A stretch of DNA of 32,850 nt from a virus (Duplodnaviria > Caudoviricetes). The position numbers and the translations under genes were made by a program. The notes beneath the pieces were generated by a model. That model was not told the DNA's origin, ran no database searches, and worked only from the letters and a program-made list of their open reading frames with translations. The DNA lies in IMG/VR virus record IMGVR_UViG_3300048576_000617, positions 1-32,850 of that record; one strand, given 5' to 3'. Positions within the stretch are counted from its first letter, which is position 1. The number at the start of each line of letters is the position of its first letter. Of this stretch, positions 7,996-16,350 are shown piece after piece.

Positions 7996-8592
7996 ATGAG
8001 CGGCGCCAATACCCCCCTCATCCCGGATGCCTACCCTGAGCTGCTCGCCGACCTGGTTGTGCAACTCGGGCGTCAGCTCGAAAAAACAGGGATCGCCGCA
8101 GAGCGCGCCGGTGCGATCGCGTTTGCGGTAGCAGAACACGCACGCGAGCACTGGAGCGGGTTTCCGATCTATGTACCGCTGGACGATCAAGCCGCTCCCG
8201 AGCAAAGCGGGGATCTCTTCGGGGGCGAGCATATCGGAGCAGATCCGGCCGCATCGCAGTCTGAAGACCTTTACCCTGCGCTGCTTGCGGACTTGGCTCG
8301 CGAGCTGACTGCGCACCTGGTCAAAGAGGGAATCGACGAGCTTACCGCTCGCGCGAACGGTCCCCGGCTGTCGCAGTACATTCGACGCCACTGGGGTGGC
8401 CAGAGCATCTATATCCCGCGCGGAGTCGCCTATGTTTCTGACGAACGCGCGCGGCGCATGTTCGAGAAGTTCCGCGGGAACAACCATGTTCAGCTCGCGC
8501 GCGAGTTCGGCGTTTCGGTGATCTGGGTCTATAAGACGGTCGCCCGGCAGCGCGCCAAAGTGATTGAGAAGGTTCAGGGAAAACTGTTCTGA
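7996..8592 (+). CDS. mor: Mor/C-family transcription activator with duplicated N-terminal domain
   Basis: GGAGG SD; YP.LLADL, HWGGQSIYIPRG, FRGNNHVQLAREFGVSVIWVYKTV HTH. Confidence 0.9.
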   Translation: MSGANTPLIPDAYPELLADLVVQLGRQLEKTGIAAERAGAIAFAVAEHAREHWSGFPIYVPLDDQAAPEQSGDLFGGEHIGADPAASQSEDLYPALLADLARELTAHLVKEGIDELTARANGPRLSQYIRRHWGGQSIYIPRGVAYVSDERARRMFEKFRGNNHVQLAREFGVSVIWVYKTVARQRAKVIEKVQGKLF

Positions 8593-8611
8593 TGACCCTT
8601 GCCTCCCCCAG

Positions 8612-8640
8612 AAAGCCCCGCCGAGCGCGGGGCTTTGTCT
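8612..8640 (+). terminator. intrinsic (possibly bidirectional) terminator ending the early/middle transcript
   Basis: AAAGCCCCGC-cgagc-GCGGGGCTTT then GTCT. Confidence 0.75.
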
Positions 8641-8641
8641 G

Positions 8642-8683
8642 TAAACCCGTTTAGCAGACCGTCCCGCAGCAAAGCCCGAAGAT
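8642..8683 (+). promoter_or_regulatory. candidate late promoter 1 (lysis operon)
   Basis: TAAACCCGTTTAG 8642-8654 and GAAGAT 8678-8683; same architecture at three other operon starts. Confidence 0.7.
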
Positions 8684-8728
8684 CACAAGCATGGAAGCCC
8701 CCGCCGGGGGCCGTTACTGGAGACATCC

Positions 8729-9100
8729 ATGCTTCGTTCTTTCTTCTCGCGCATTTACGCGAGCCTTGTTTCGCAGCATATGGCGCCGTGGCTGTGGGTG
8801 AGCGTGATCCTGACGATTGCAATCGCGGTCTTCGCGCCGCAGCAACTGCGGGTCACCCTGTACAAGCTCTCGCTGATCACCACCGCTGCCTGGGTCGCGT
8901 ACTGGATCGACCGCGCGCTGTTCCCCTACGCTCGGCCCGACCGCTTCGTTCCTCCGGAACCGACGAGTGCCGATACCAGCTCGGGTAGCGCTCCCGGCCT
9001 TTCGATCACGCGCGAGCAGGCTATTGCCTTTTCCAGTTCTCAGCTCCGCCGCGCATTGATCATCAGTGCCGCGATGATCGGCGTGGCGCTGGGAGCCTGA
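8729..9100 (+). CDS. putative holin
   Basis: GGAG SD; hydrophobic segments; LYKLSLITTAAWVAYWIDRALFPYARPD motif; precedes the endolysin. Confidence 0.85.
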   Translation: MLRSFFSRIYASLVSQHMAPWLWVSVILTIAIAVFAPQQLRVTLYKLSLITTAAWVAYWIDRALFPYARPDRFVPPEPTSADTSSGSAPGLSITREQAIAFSSSQLRRALIISAAMIGVALGA

Positions 9101-9101
9101 C

Positions 9102-9830
9102 GTGGGCGCGCCGCAGATCATATTGATTGTCCTCTGGGTGTTTAGTCTCGGGGTATTGGTAACGCAACACGGCAAGCCTGCGACAGGCGTCAAAAACGTC
9201 TGGATTGACCTCATCGCTGCTGCGCTGAACTGCGTGCTGCTCGCCTGGGGAGGCTTCTTCTCCGGGAAGGCTTGCGCGGAAGAGATCCCCCATGACGCGG
9301 CGCGCTACCAGCGCGACTTGATCCGCAACGCGCGCCTCGTCTGGGGACTGGATGCTCCGGTCGCGAGCTTCGCCGCGCAGATCCACCAGGAGAGCCGCTG
9401 GAACCCCGCCGCGCGCAGCGGTGTGGGTGCCCAAGGGATCGCCCAGTTCATGCCGGCCACCGCTAAGTGGATCAGCGGAGCCTATCCCCAGCTTGGCCCT
9501 GGGGCCGCGTCAAACCCGGTCTGGGCGATGCGGGCGCTGGTGACCTACGACAAGCACCTCTATGACCTGGTCGGAGTCGCGCCGTCCTGCGAGCGCTTCG
9601 CTTTCGCGCTGTCTGGCTACAACGGGGGGCCGGGGTGGGTGCAGCGCGATCGCGCGCTGGCCCGCACTCGCGGCGACGATCCGGCTCTGTGGTTTGGCCA
9701 TACCGAGCGCTACAACGCGGGCCGCAGCGTGGTGGCTTGGCGTGAGAACAGGGCTTACCCACGCCGGATCCTCAAGACCCTTGAGCCCCTGTATGCCCGC
9801 TCCGGATGGGGTAAGGGGATGTGCCTGTGA
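9102..9830 (+). CDS. lytic transglycosylase (SLT) endolysin with N-terminal membrane segments
   Basis: AAQIHQESRWNP catalytic Glu motif, GAQGIAQFMPATA, YNGGPG. Confidence 0.93.
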   Translation: MGAPQIILIVLWVFSLGVLVTQHGKPATGVKNVWIDLIAAALNCVLLAWGGFFSGKACAEEIPHDAARYQRDLIRNARLVWGLDAPVASFAAQIHQESRWNPAARSGVGAQGIAQFMPATAKWISGAYPQLGPGAASNPVWAMRALVTYDKHLYDLVGVAPSCERFAFALSGYNGGPGWVQRDRALARTRGDDPALWFGHTERYNAGRSVVAWRENRAYPRRILKTLEPLYARSGWGKGMCL

Positions 9831-10354
9831 AAGCCCTCCTCATTGCGGTACTGGGCGGGCTGGCTGCGCTGCTCTTTGGGCTCGGCGTCGGGTTCTGGTG
9901 GGGGCATTCCTCGGCCTCGTCGGCATGCACCCTGCATGCGACGACTCAGGCGCTCGCCCAGACCCGCGAGACCGTCAAAACCAACACGGCGACCCAGTCG
10001 GTTTCTGACGCTGTCGCCACCGAGAGCGCCGAGCGGCACGACCAGGTCGTCACGCGCTTCGTCCCGATCGAAAAGGAAGTGATTCGCTATGTCCAGACAC
10101 CTGCTGCCGCTACTGCTTGCCTTGATGCTGACGGCCTGCGCATCTGGAGTGCCGCAAACCGCGGCGAGTTTGACGCTGCCGGATCCCCCGGCGCAGGACA
10201 TGCAGCCGTGTCCGGATCTTCCGGAGCTGGCGAGCGGGAAAGCGGGGGATCTGCTGGCGAACCACGTCGCGACGGCGAAGGCTTACCAGGAGTGCAAAGC
10301 GCGGCAATCAGCGTTGGCCAAGCACGCCCGAGAGATCAAGCAGGTGCTCGATGA
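9827..10354 (+). CDS. Rz-like inner-membrane spanin
   Basis: GTGA overlap; single N-terminal TM segment, then helical region with Cys; hosts a lipoprotein gene in another frame. Confidence 0.75.
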   Translation: MKALLIAVLGGLAALLFGLGVGFWWGHSSASSACTLHATTQALAQTRETVKTNTATQSVSDAVATESAERHDQVVTRFVPIEKEVIRYVQTPAAATACLDADGLRIWSAANRGEFDAAGSPGAGHAAVSGSSGAGERESGGSAGEPRRDGEGLPGVQSAAISVGQARPRDQAGAR

Positions 10355-10385
10355 CCGATCAGTTCGACAGAGCTCAGGAACTTGA
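10089..10385 (+). CDS. Rz1-like outer-membrane lipoprotein spanin
   Basis: signal peptide with lipobox LTAC; Pro-rich, Cys residues; starts inside Rz in a different frame. Confidence 0.8.
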   Translation: MSRHLLPLLLALMLTACASGVPQTAASLTLPDPPAQDMQPCPDLPELASGKAGDLLANHVATAKAYQECKARQSALAKHAREIKQVLDDRSVRQSSGT

Positions 10386-10554
10386 GATCGAGGAATGGGA
10401 GCGGCGTCAAAGCGCGGCTATCCGTCCCCGGCCTGTCCGTGAATCCTCCCTGGGTTGCTGTCACTGCGGCGACCCGATTCCAGAGGCTCGCAGGAAAGCC
10501 GTGCCCGGCTGCCAGCTGTGCGTTGAGTGTCAAACCTACATCGAAACCTTATGA
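10351..10554 (+). CDS. TraR/DksA C4 zinc-finger protein
   Basis: DQFDRAQELE..., CCHCGDPIPEARRKAVPGCQLCVECQ. Confidence 0.92.
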   Translation: MTDQFDRAQELEIEEWERRQSAAIRPRPVRESSLGCCHCGDPIPEARRKAVPGCQLCVECQTYIETL

Positions 10555-10919
10555 GCTTGGAACCCGAAACCTTCCGCAATTCGTTGTTGGCAATCAATAC
10601 CGCCGGAACCTTCCTGATTGGGATTTGGCTGTACCTGGAGCGGCGCAACGACAAGACCAATGAGCGTGTCGACACCGCGATCGCGGCGATCACTGCGCTC
10701 AAGGCTGAAACCGAGCAACGGCTTGATGACCACTCAACCCGGCTTGCCCGGCTCGAAGCCGCAACCTCGAAGGCTCCAACCCACGCAGATCTGTCCGACC
10801 TGCACGAGAAGATCAACAGCGTTGCGGGCACCACCCGCGAAATTCAGGGCGAACTGCGCGGAATCAGCGATTCGCTGCGCCTGATCCTGGGCCGAATCAC
10901 CGAAAAGGGAATGCAATGA
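10551..10919 (+). CDS. membrane-anchored coiled-coil protein (Mu gp25/DUF2730-like)
   Basis: N-terminal TM segment, RLARLEA...APTHADL; ATGA overlaps at both ends; expected position. Confidence 0.75.
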   Translation: MSLEPETFRNSLLAINTAGTFLIGIWLYLERRNDKTNERVDTAIAAITALKAETEQRLDDHSTRLARLEAATSKAPTHADLSDLHEKINSVAGTTREIQGELRGISDSLRLILGRITEKGMQ

Positions 10920-11209
10920 ACACCGCAGAACGAATCGCCGAATCGGATCGCCGCCGCGCAGCGCTGGCAGCTCTGGCCGTTGCGCCCGCCTTTCGGCTCC
11001 CGATCCGCACGCTGCGCGCTCAGCTCGAAACGCTCGGCTACGTGGTCAGCATCGACCGGCTCGCGTCCGACTGCGCCTGGCTCGCCGAGCAGAGTCTGAT
11101 CGACATGCAGGGCGAGACGTCTGCCACGCTGACCGATCGCGGCCTCGATGTCGTGATGGGCCGCTGCACCGCTCCGGGTGTGCGTCGGCCGGATCCGGGT
11201 GAGCTGTAA
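10916..11209 (+). CDS. Mu gp26-like winged-helix protein
   Basis: WLAEQSLI...ATLTDRGLDVVMGR..PGVRRP motif; precedes the small terminase. Confidence 0.8.
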   Translation: MNTAERIAESDRRRAALAALAVAPAFRLPIRTLRAQLETLGYVVSIDRLASDCAWLAEQSLIDMQGETSATLTDRGLDVVMGRCTAPGVRRPDPGEL

Positions 11210-11709
11210 TGGCGCATCCGCAAGAGACCCGCGTCGCGTTGCGCACGTCTTTCCTTGACGGGCTTGCCTTGGAAGTCGCGGCTGCCAAGGTCGGCGTTCC
11301 TGTCGCGACCGCTCGCCGCTGGAAATACGACGCGAAGGAAGCCGGCGACGACTGGGACAAGCTCAAGAACGCCCAGATGATCGCGGCCGGTGGCGGCATG
11401 GAGCAGGCGCTCGGCCGCGTGGTGTCGATGGTGATCACCCAGGCCGAAGCCACGATGCACCTGTTGGAGACTGCTGAGAATATGCAGCCCCTGGAGCGCA
11501 CCCAGGCGATCGCCAGCCTGACCGATAGCCTCAACAAGGCGAGTGCAGTGGCTGGCCGGCTGATGCCCGCGACGAGCCAGTTCGCGACCGCGATGGACGT
11601 GCTGAGGCGGTTCTCCGAGTTTGTGGCGAAGAACCACCCGTCCAAGGCGGCTGCGTTCGTAGAGATGCTGGAACCCTTCGGCGAAGAGCTTGCGAAGACC
11701 TATGGTTAA
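11209..11709 (+). CDS. putative terminase small subunit (DUF1804-like)
   Basis: N-terminal HTH (AAAKVGVPVATARRWK), GDDWDK; directly upstream of the large subunit. Confidence 0.8.
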   Translation: MAHPQETRVALRTSFLDGLALEVAAAKVGVPVATARRWKYDAKEAGDDWDKLKNAQMIAAGGGMEQALGRVVSMVITQAEATMHLLETAENMQPLERTQAIASLTDSLNKASAVAGRLMPATSQFATAMDVLRRFSEFVAKNHPSKAAAFVEMLEPFGEELAKTYG

Positions 11710-13321
11710 GCGGCTTGCAAGCAAGGGATTCCTCGACGAACTCGCCCAGCTCGCGGCGAGTTTTCGCACGCGCATCGAGGCCGAGTGCGCGGGCTTCGAT
11801 CCCGATCCCGCCCAGATCCAGTCGCGCAGAAAGCGCGCCTGGGATGACTACGGATTCTTCGTCGAAACCTACTTCCCTCACTACGCGCGCAGCCCGCACC
11901 GCTCGAAGCTGCACGAGTACCTGTTCACCCGCCTGCCGGAGATCGTCGCCAGTTCGAAGAGCGAAACCGATGCGATCGCAGCGCCCCGCGGCGAGGCAAA
12001 GAGCACGATCGTCACCCAGCTTTTCACGCTGTGGTGCCTCGTCACCGGACGCAAGCACTACCCGGTGATCGTGATGGACTCGATCGACCAGGCGTATCCG
12101 ATGCTCGAGGCGATCAAGGCTGAGCTGGAGTTCAACCCGCGCCTGACGATGGACTTCCCGGAGGCCTGTGGTCAGGGCCGGGTCTGGCAGGCCGGCACGA
12201 TCGTGACGCGGGGCGATGCCAAGGTTCAGGTCGCAGGCTCAGGCAAGAAGCTGCGCGGTTTGCGACACGGCCCACACCGGCCGGATCTCGCCGTGCTCGA
12301 CGATATCGAGAACGACGAGCAGGTGCGCAATCCGGAGCAGCGCGACAAGCTGCAGAGCTGGCTCACGAAGACCGTGCTGCCGCTCGGGGGCGCCGTGGGC
12401 AAGTTCGACGTCGTCTATGTCGGCACGATCCTGCATTACGACTCGGTACTGAACCGGACGCTGAGCAACAAAATGTGGCGTTCGGCCCGATTCAAGGCGC
12501 TGCTCAAGTGGCCCGACAACATGGCGCTCTGGGACGTCTGGGAGGAGCGCCTGCGCAACGGCGGCGAGGACGAGGCCGACGCGTTCTACCAGGAACACCA
12601 GGCTGCCATGGAGGCCGGCTCTGAAGTGAGCTGGCTCGCCCGCCCGCTGCTCGCGCTGATGAAGATCCGAGCCCGTGACGGGCATGACACCTTCGACAGC
12701 GAATACCAGAACGACCCCGTCGCCGGCGACAACGCGCCGTTCTCCGGGATCATTCAGTTCTGGGTCAATCGTCTGGCCGACTGGATCTTCTACGGATCCT
12801 GCGACCCGTCCCTGGGCAAGGCCGGTGCCTCGCGCGACCCCTCCGCGCTCCTTGTTGGCGGCTTCAACCGCGCGACCGGCATCCTCGACGTGGTGGAAGC
12901 CGGCATCAAGAAGCGTCTGCCAGACCGGATCATCGAAGACGTGATCGCGCTCCAGCGCGAGTGGCGCTGCGTGCTCTGGGTCGTCGAGACCGTCCAGTTC
13001 CAGGCCTTCCTGTACTCCGAACTGGTGAAGCGCTCGGCCGCCGCTGGCGTGCCGGTTCCTGCCCGCGCGGTGACGCCGATCGCCGACAAGCTGCTGCGCA
13101 TCGAAACGCTGCAGCCGCACATGAAGAATGGCCTGATCCGCCTGCACCCGAGCCAGACCACTCTGATCGACCAGCTCCGCCACTTCCCGAAAGCCGACCA
13201 CGACGACGGCCCCGACGCGCTGCAGATGCTGTGGGCGGCAGCAATGTCAGGTGGCGGCGTCACCAACATCAAATCAGGCCGTCGCCGCGAGGCCGGCCGC
13301 ATCACAGCAGGATTCGCATGA
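11702..13321 (+). CDS. terminase large subunit
   Basis: Walker A APRGEAKST, Walker B AVLDDIE, nuclease motifs CDPS and HDDGPDAL. Confidence 0.95.
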   Translation: MVKRLASKGFLDELAQLAASFRTRIEAECAGFDPDPAQIQSRRKRAWDDYGFFVETYFPHYARSPHRSKLHEYLFTRLPEIVASSKSETDAIAAPRGEAKSTIVTQLFTLWCLVTGRKHYPVIVMDSIDQAYPMLEAIKAELEFNPRLTMDFPEACGQGRVWQAGTIVTRGDAKVQVAGSGKKLRGLRHGPHRPDLAVLDDIENDEQVRNPEQRDKLQSWLTKTVLPLGGAVGKFDVVYVGTILHYDSVLNRTLSNKMWRSARFKALLKWPDNMALWDVWEERLRNGGEDEADAFYQEHQAAMEAGSEVSWLARPLLALMKIRARDGHDTFDSEYQNDPVAGDNAPFSGIIQFWVNRLADWIFYGSCDPSLGKAGASRDPSALLVGGFNRATGILDVVEAGIKKRLPDRIIEDVIALQREWRCVLWVVETVQFQAFLYSELVKRSAAAGVPVPARAVTPIADKLLRIETLQPHMKNGLIRLHPSQTTLIDQLRHFPKADHDDGPDALQMLWAAAMSGGGVTNIKSGRRREAGRITAGFA

Positions 13322-14844
13322 AACCGAACGGACTTTGGGTAGGAAGCCAGTTCATGAGCTTCGCGGACGCGCGTCAAACACTCGGCGGGGAGCTCGCCAC
13401 CCGCGATCGTTCTATCGATGGCAGCTCCTTCGGCTTTTATCTGCCGAACCCGGATCCGGTGCTCAAGGCACTCGGGCAGGATATCCGCGTGTACCGTGAC
13501 CTGCGCTCGGACGCGCACGTCGGCGGCTGTATCCGCCGACGCAAGGCCGCAGTCAAAGCGCTGGAATGGGGTGTCGATCGCGACCAGGCGCAGAGCCGTG
13601 TTGCAAAGAACATTGAGGCGATCGTCAAGGATCTTCCTCTGGGCCAGTTGATCGGCGAGATCCTCGACGCCGTGCTCTACGGTTACCAGCCGCTGGAAAT
13701 CGGCTGGGGCAAGATCGGCTCCTATGTGGTCCCGGTCCAGGTGGAGTGCAAGCCGCCGGAGTGGTTCTGTTTTGACGCCGAGAACCAGCTGCGGTTGCGC
13801 ACGCGCGACAACCCCACAGAGGGTGAGGCGCTGCCTGAGCGCAAGTTTCTGCTCGCGCGCCAGGACGCGACCTATCAGAATCCCTACGGTTTCCCGGATC
13901 TCTCGATGTGCTTCTGGCCGACCACATTCAAGAAGGGCGGCCTGAAGTTCTGGGTGCAATTCACCGAGAAGTACGGCGCCCCCTGGGTCATCGGCAAACA
14001 CCCGCGTGGCACGCCAGACAACGAAGCCGACGCATTTCTTGCCCAACTCGATGCGATGGTGCAAGACGCCGTGGCGGTGGTGCCAGACGATTCGAGCGTC
14101 GAGATCCACGAAGCAGCAGGCAAGGCGGCCAGCGCCGACATCTACGAGAAGCTGCTGCATTTTTGCCGCTCGGAGGTCTCGATTGCGTTGCTCGGTCAGA
14201 ACCAGACCACCGAGGCCAAGACGAACTTCGCATCGGCCAAGGCTGGCATCGAGGTTACTCGCGAGATTCGCGACGGCGACAAGACGATCGTCGAGGACAC
14301 CATCAATACGTTGATCCGTTGGATCTGCGATCTGAACTTCGGCGGCGTGGCCCGGCCGACCTTTTCGCTGAGGGAGCAGGAAGAGGTCGACAAGGTGCTC
14401 GCTGAGCGCGACGAGAAGCTGACGAGCGCTGGCGCTCGTTTGACGCCGCAGTATTTCAAACGCGCCTACGGGCTGCAGGACGGCGATCTGGATGAGACTC
14501 CGATCGCCGCGCCGCTGCTCGGCAAGGGGGCGCCCGAGCCTCGCCCGGCTGCCGGCGACGACGTGAGCTTCGCTGATGAAGCTACAGGCTTCCCAGACCA
14601 GCGCGCGCTGGACGATGCCGTGGCGAGCCTGTCCGCCGAGTCGCTCGACGCAGAGACGGGCGAGATGCTGCGGCCGCTGCTCGATGCGCTGATCGGCGCC
14701 CGCGATGAAACCGAAGCGTTGCGAGCGCTGGCAAAGGCCTACCCGACGATGAAGGCCCCGCTTCTTGAGGAACGCCTGGCTCAGCTCATGTTCGCTGCCG
14801 AACTGGCCGGCCGTGTCTCCGCCACACAGGATCTCGACGCGTGA
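13318..14844 (+). CDS. portal protein (Mu gp29/DUF935-like)
   Basis: DAHVGGCIRRRK, ILDAVLYGY, FTEKYGAP, LLGQNQTT; follows the terminase. Confidence 0.92.
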   Translation: MKPNGLWVGSQFMSFADARQTLGGELATRDRSIDGSSFGFYLPNPDPVLKALGQDIRVYRDLRSDAHVGGCIRRRKAAVKALEWGVDRDQAQSRVAKNIEAIVKDLPLGQLIGEILDAVLYGYQPLEIGWGKIGSYVVPVQVECKPPEWFCFDAENQLRLRTRDNPTEGEALPERKFLLARQDATYQNPYGFPDLSMCFWPTTFKKGGLKFWVQFTEKYGAPWVIGKHPRGTPDNEADAFLAQLDAMVQDAVAVVPDDSSVEIHEAAGKAASADIYEKLLHFCRSEVSIALLGQNQTTEAKTNFASAKAGIEVTREIRDGDKTIVEDTINTLIRWICDLNFGGVARPTFSLREQEEVDKVLAERDEKLTSAGARLTPQYFKRAYGLQDGDLDETPIAAPLLGKGAPEPRPAAGDDVSFADEATGFPDQRALDDAVASLSAESLDAETGEMLRPLLDALIGARDETEALRALAKAYPTMKAPLLEERLAQLMFAAELAGRVSATQDLDA

Positions 14845-15677
14845 GCGACAACGCACTGAGCGCCGAGGAATTCGCTAGCCTCTTCAAGAAGCCTTCAGCG
14901 GAAGCGATCGCCTACCTCGAATCGAAAGGCGTTGCGGTCACATGGGACTGGCGCGAGATGCTGGATGCCGCGCATCAGCGCGCCTTCACGGTAGCGGGCC
15001 TACTGCGCACGGACGCCCTGGAAGCCGTGCGTCAAAGTCTTGTCGCCGCCCTCGCCAACGGCACAACGTATCGCGAGTGGGTCAAGGGCATCGCAACTGA
15101 GCTGGGCAAGCTCGGCCTGATGGGGCGCCATGCCCTGGTCAACCCCGAAACGGGCGAAGTGAAGACGCTCGCGCCCTGGCGCCTGCGTACGGTCTATCAG
15201 ACGAACCTGCAGTCGGCCCACATGGCCGGCCGCTGGGCGGCGATGAAGGAAGCGACCGAAAGCCATCCCTACTGGCAGTACGTCGCAATAATGGATAGTC
15301 GCACGCGACCAGGACACCGTCTTCTTGCCGGCCTAGTGTTCCGCCACGACGATCCGATCTGGGGCAGCTTCTTCCCGCCTCTTGGCTACAACTGCCGTTG
15401 CCGTGTGGTGCCGGTATCCGAGGCGCGTCTGCAGCGCAAGGGGCTGAGCGTCATGAGGTCCGCAGGCCGCCTGTCGCAAGGCGAGATCGAGATCACCGGA
15501 GGCCTGAACCCGCGCACGGCCACGATCGCGCGTTTCACGCTCGGCCCGCGCGAGTCGGTCTCGACCGATCCGGGCTTCAACAGTTCGCCAGCGCAAGCTG
15601 CCGATGCGCTGCTCGCTCAGCTCACCGCACGTCGCGCCTCCTTTTCCTCCGCGCTTGCGGCACAAGGACAACGATGA
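14841..15677 (+). CDS. MuF-like minor head protein (gp30)
   Basis: RLRTVYQTN, YVAIMDSRTRPGH, FPPLGYNCRC. Confidence 0.92.
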   Translation: MSDNALSAEEFASLFKKPSAEAIAYLESKGVAVTWDWREMLDAAHQRAFTVAGLLRTDALEAVRQSLVAALANGTTYREWVKGIATELGKLGLMGRHALVNPETGEVKTLAPWRLRTVYQTNLQSAHMAGRWAAMKEATESHPYWQYVAIMDSRTRPGHRLLAGLVFRHDDPIWGSFFPPLGYNCRCRVVPVSEARLQRKGLSVMRSAGRLSQGEIEITGGLNPRTATIARFTLGPRESVSTDPGFNSSPAQAADALLAQLTARRASFSSALAAQGQR

Positions 15678-16123
15678 TCTCGATTCAGCTCGATTCCTCC
15701 GTCGCCCAGCGCTACCTGCAGCACCTGGAGCAAACCGGCGCCGACCTTGCCCCGGTCATGCGCGCAATCGCTCACGAGTTGCTCGCAGAAACCGAGGACA
15801 ACTTCGCGGCCGAGGGGCGCCCGAAGTGGGTGCCGCTGAAAAATCCCCTTGTGCGGCGCCAGGGCGGCAAGATCCTGCAGGACCGCGGCCAGCTTGCCGC
15901 GTCGATCACCGCCGACTCTGGAGGCGACTACGCCCAGGTGGGCAGCAACAAGGTCTATGCCGCGATTCACCAGTTCGGCGGGCAGGCCGGGCGCGGCCGC
16001 AAGGTGGCGATCCCGGCCCGTCCGTTCCTTCCGATGACGGCGGCCGGACAGTTGCAACCGGAGACCGAAACGGCAGTCCTGGAGATCGCGATCGCGCACA
16101 TCAAGCGCGCCGCCGGTCTGTAA
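15674..16123 (+). CDS. Mu gpG-like virion morphogenesis protein
   Basis: ILQDRGQLAASI, VGSNKVYAAIHQFGG, IPARPFL. Confidence 0.9.
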   Translation: MISIQLDSSVAQRYLQHLEQTGADLAPVMRAIAHELLAETEDNFAAEGRPKWVPLKNPLVRRQGGKILQDRGQLAASITADSGGDYAQVGSNKVYAAIHQFGGQAGRGRKVAIPARPFLPMTAAGQLQPETETAVLEIAIAHIKRAAGL

Positions 16124-16301
16124 GTGAGCAATTCGGCGAGAACGCGCCACACGCCCATGAATTGCTCCTCTGCGTCCAGATGTCGCTCACAGAGGAAGGA
16201 AACCGCACTGCGGCGGTTTTGACGCCATTTGACGCCGGCTCTTTGCGGTGTCGCACCGAAGAGAAAGCCGTCTGGCGTGCGATAGCGCGGTGCGGAGTCC
16301 G

Positions 16302-16343
16302 TAAACTCGTTTAGTAGCTCGCAAAACCGCCCGTCTCGATGAT
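16302..16343 (+). promoter_or_regulatory. candidate late promoter 2 (head protease operon)
   Basis: TAAACTCGTTTAG 16302-16314 and GATGAT 16338-16343; ATG at 16351 without an obvious SD. Confidence 0.7.
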
Positions 16344-16350
16344 GGGCGGC

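Noticed and set aside
10351-10554. TraR/DksA gene as a novelty
   Set aside because: C4 zinc-finger genes are commonplace in temperate phages, including next to lysis genes
12961-13317. N-terminal extension of the portal ORF in the track
   Set aside because: Overlaps the terminase; the ATGA-coupled ATG at 13318 is the plausible start. Track starts for A, gpG, V, the fibre anchor and the last gene were trimmed for the same reason
12790-14856. 688-aa minus-strand ORF (also 15967-17484, 12239-13201, 2293-3201, 7083-8021 and similar)
   Set aside because: Antisense shadows of GC-biased, clearly identified + strand genes; no recognisable motifs or start signals
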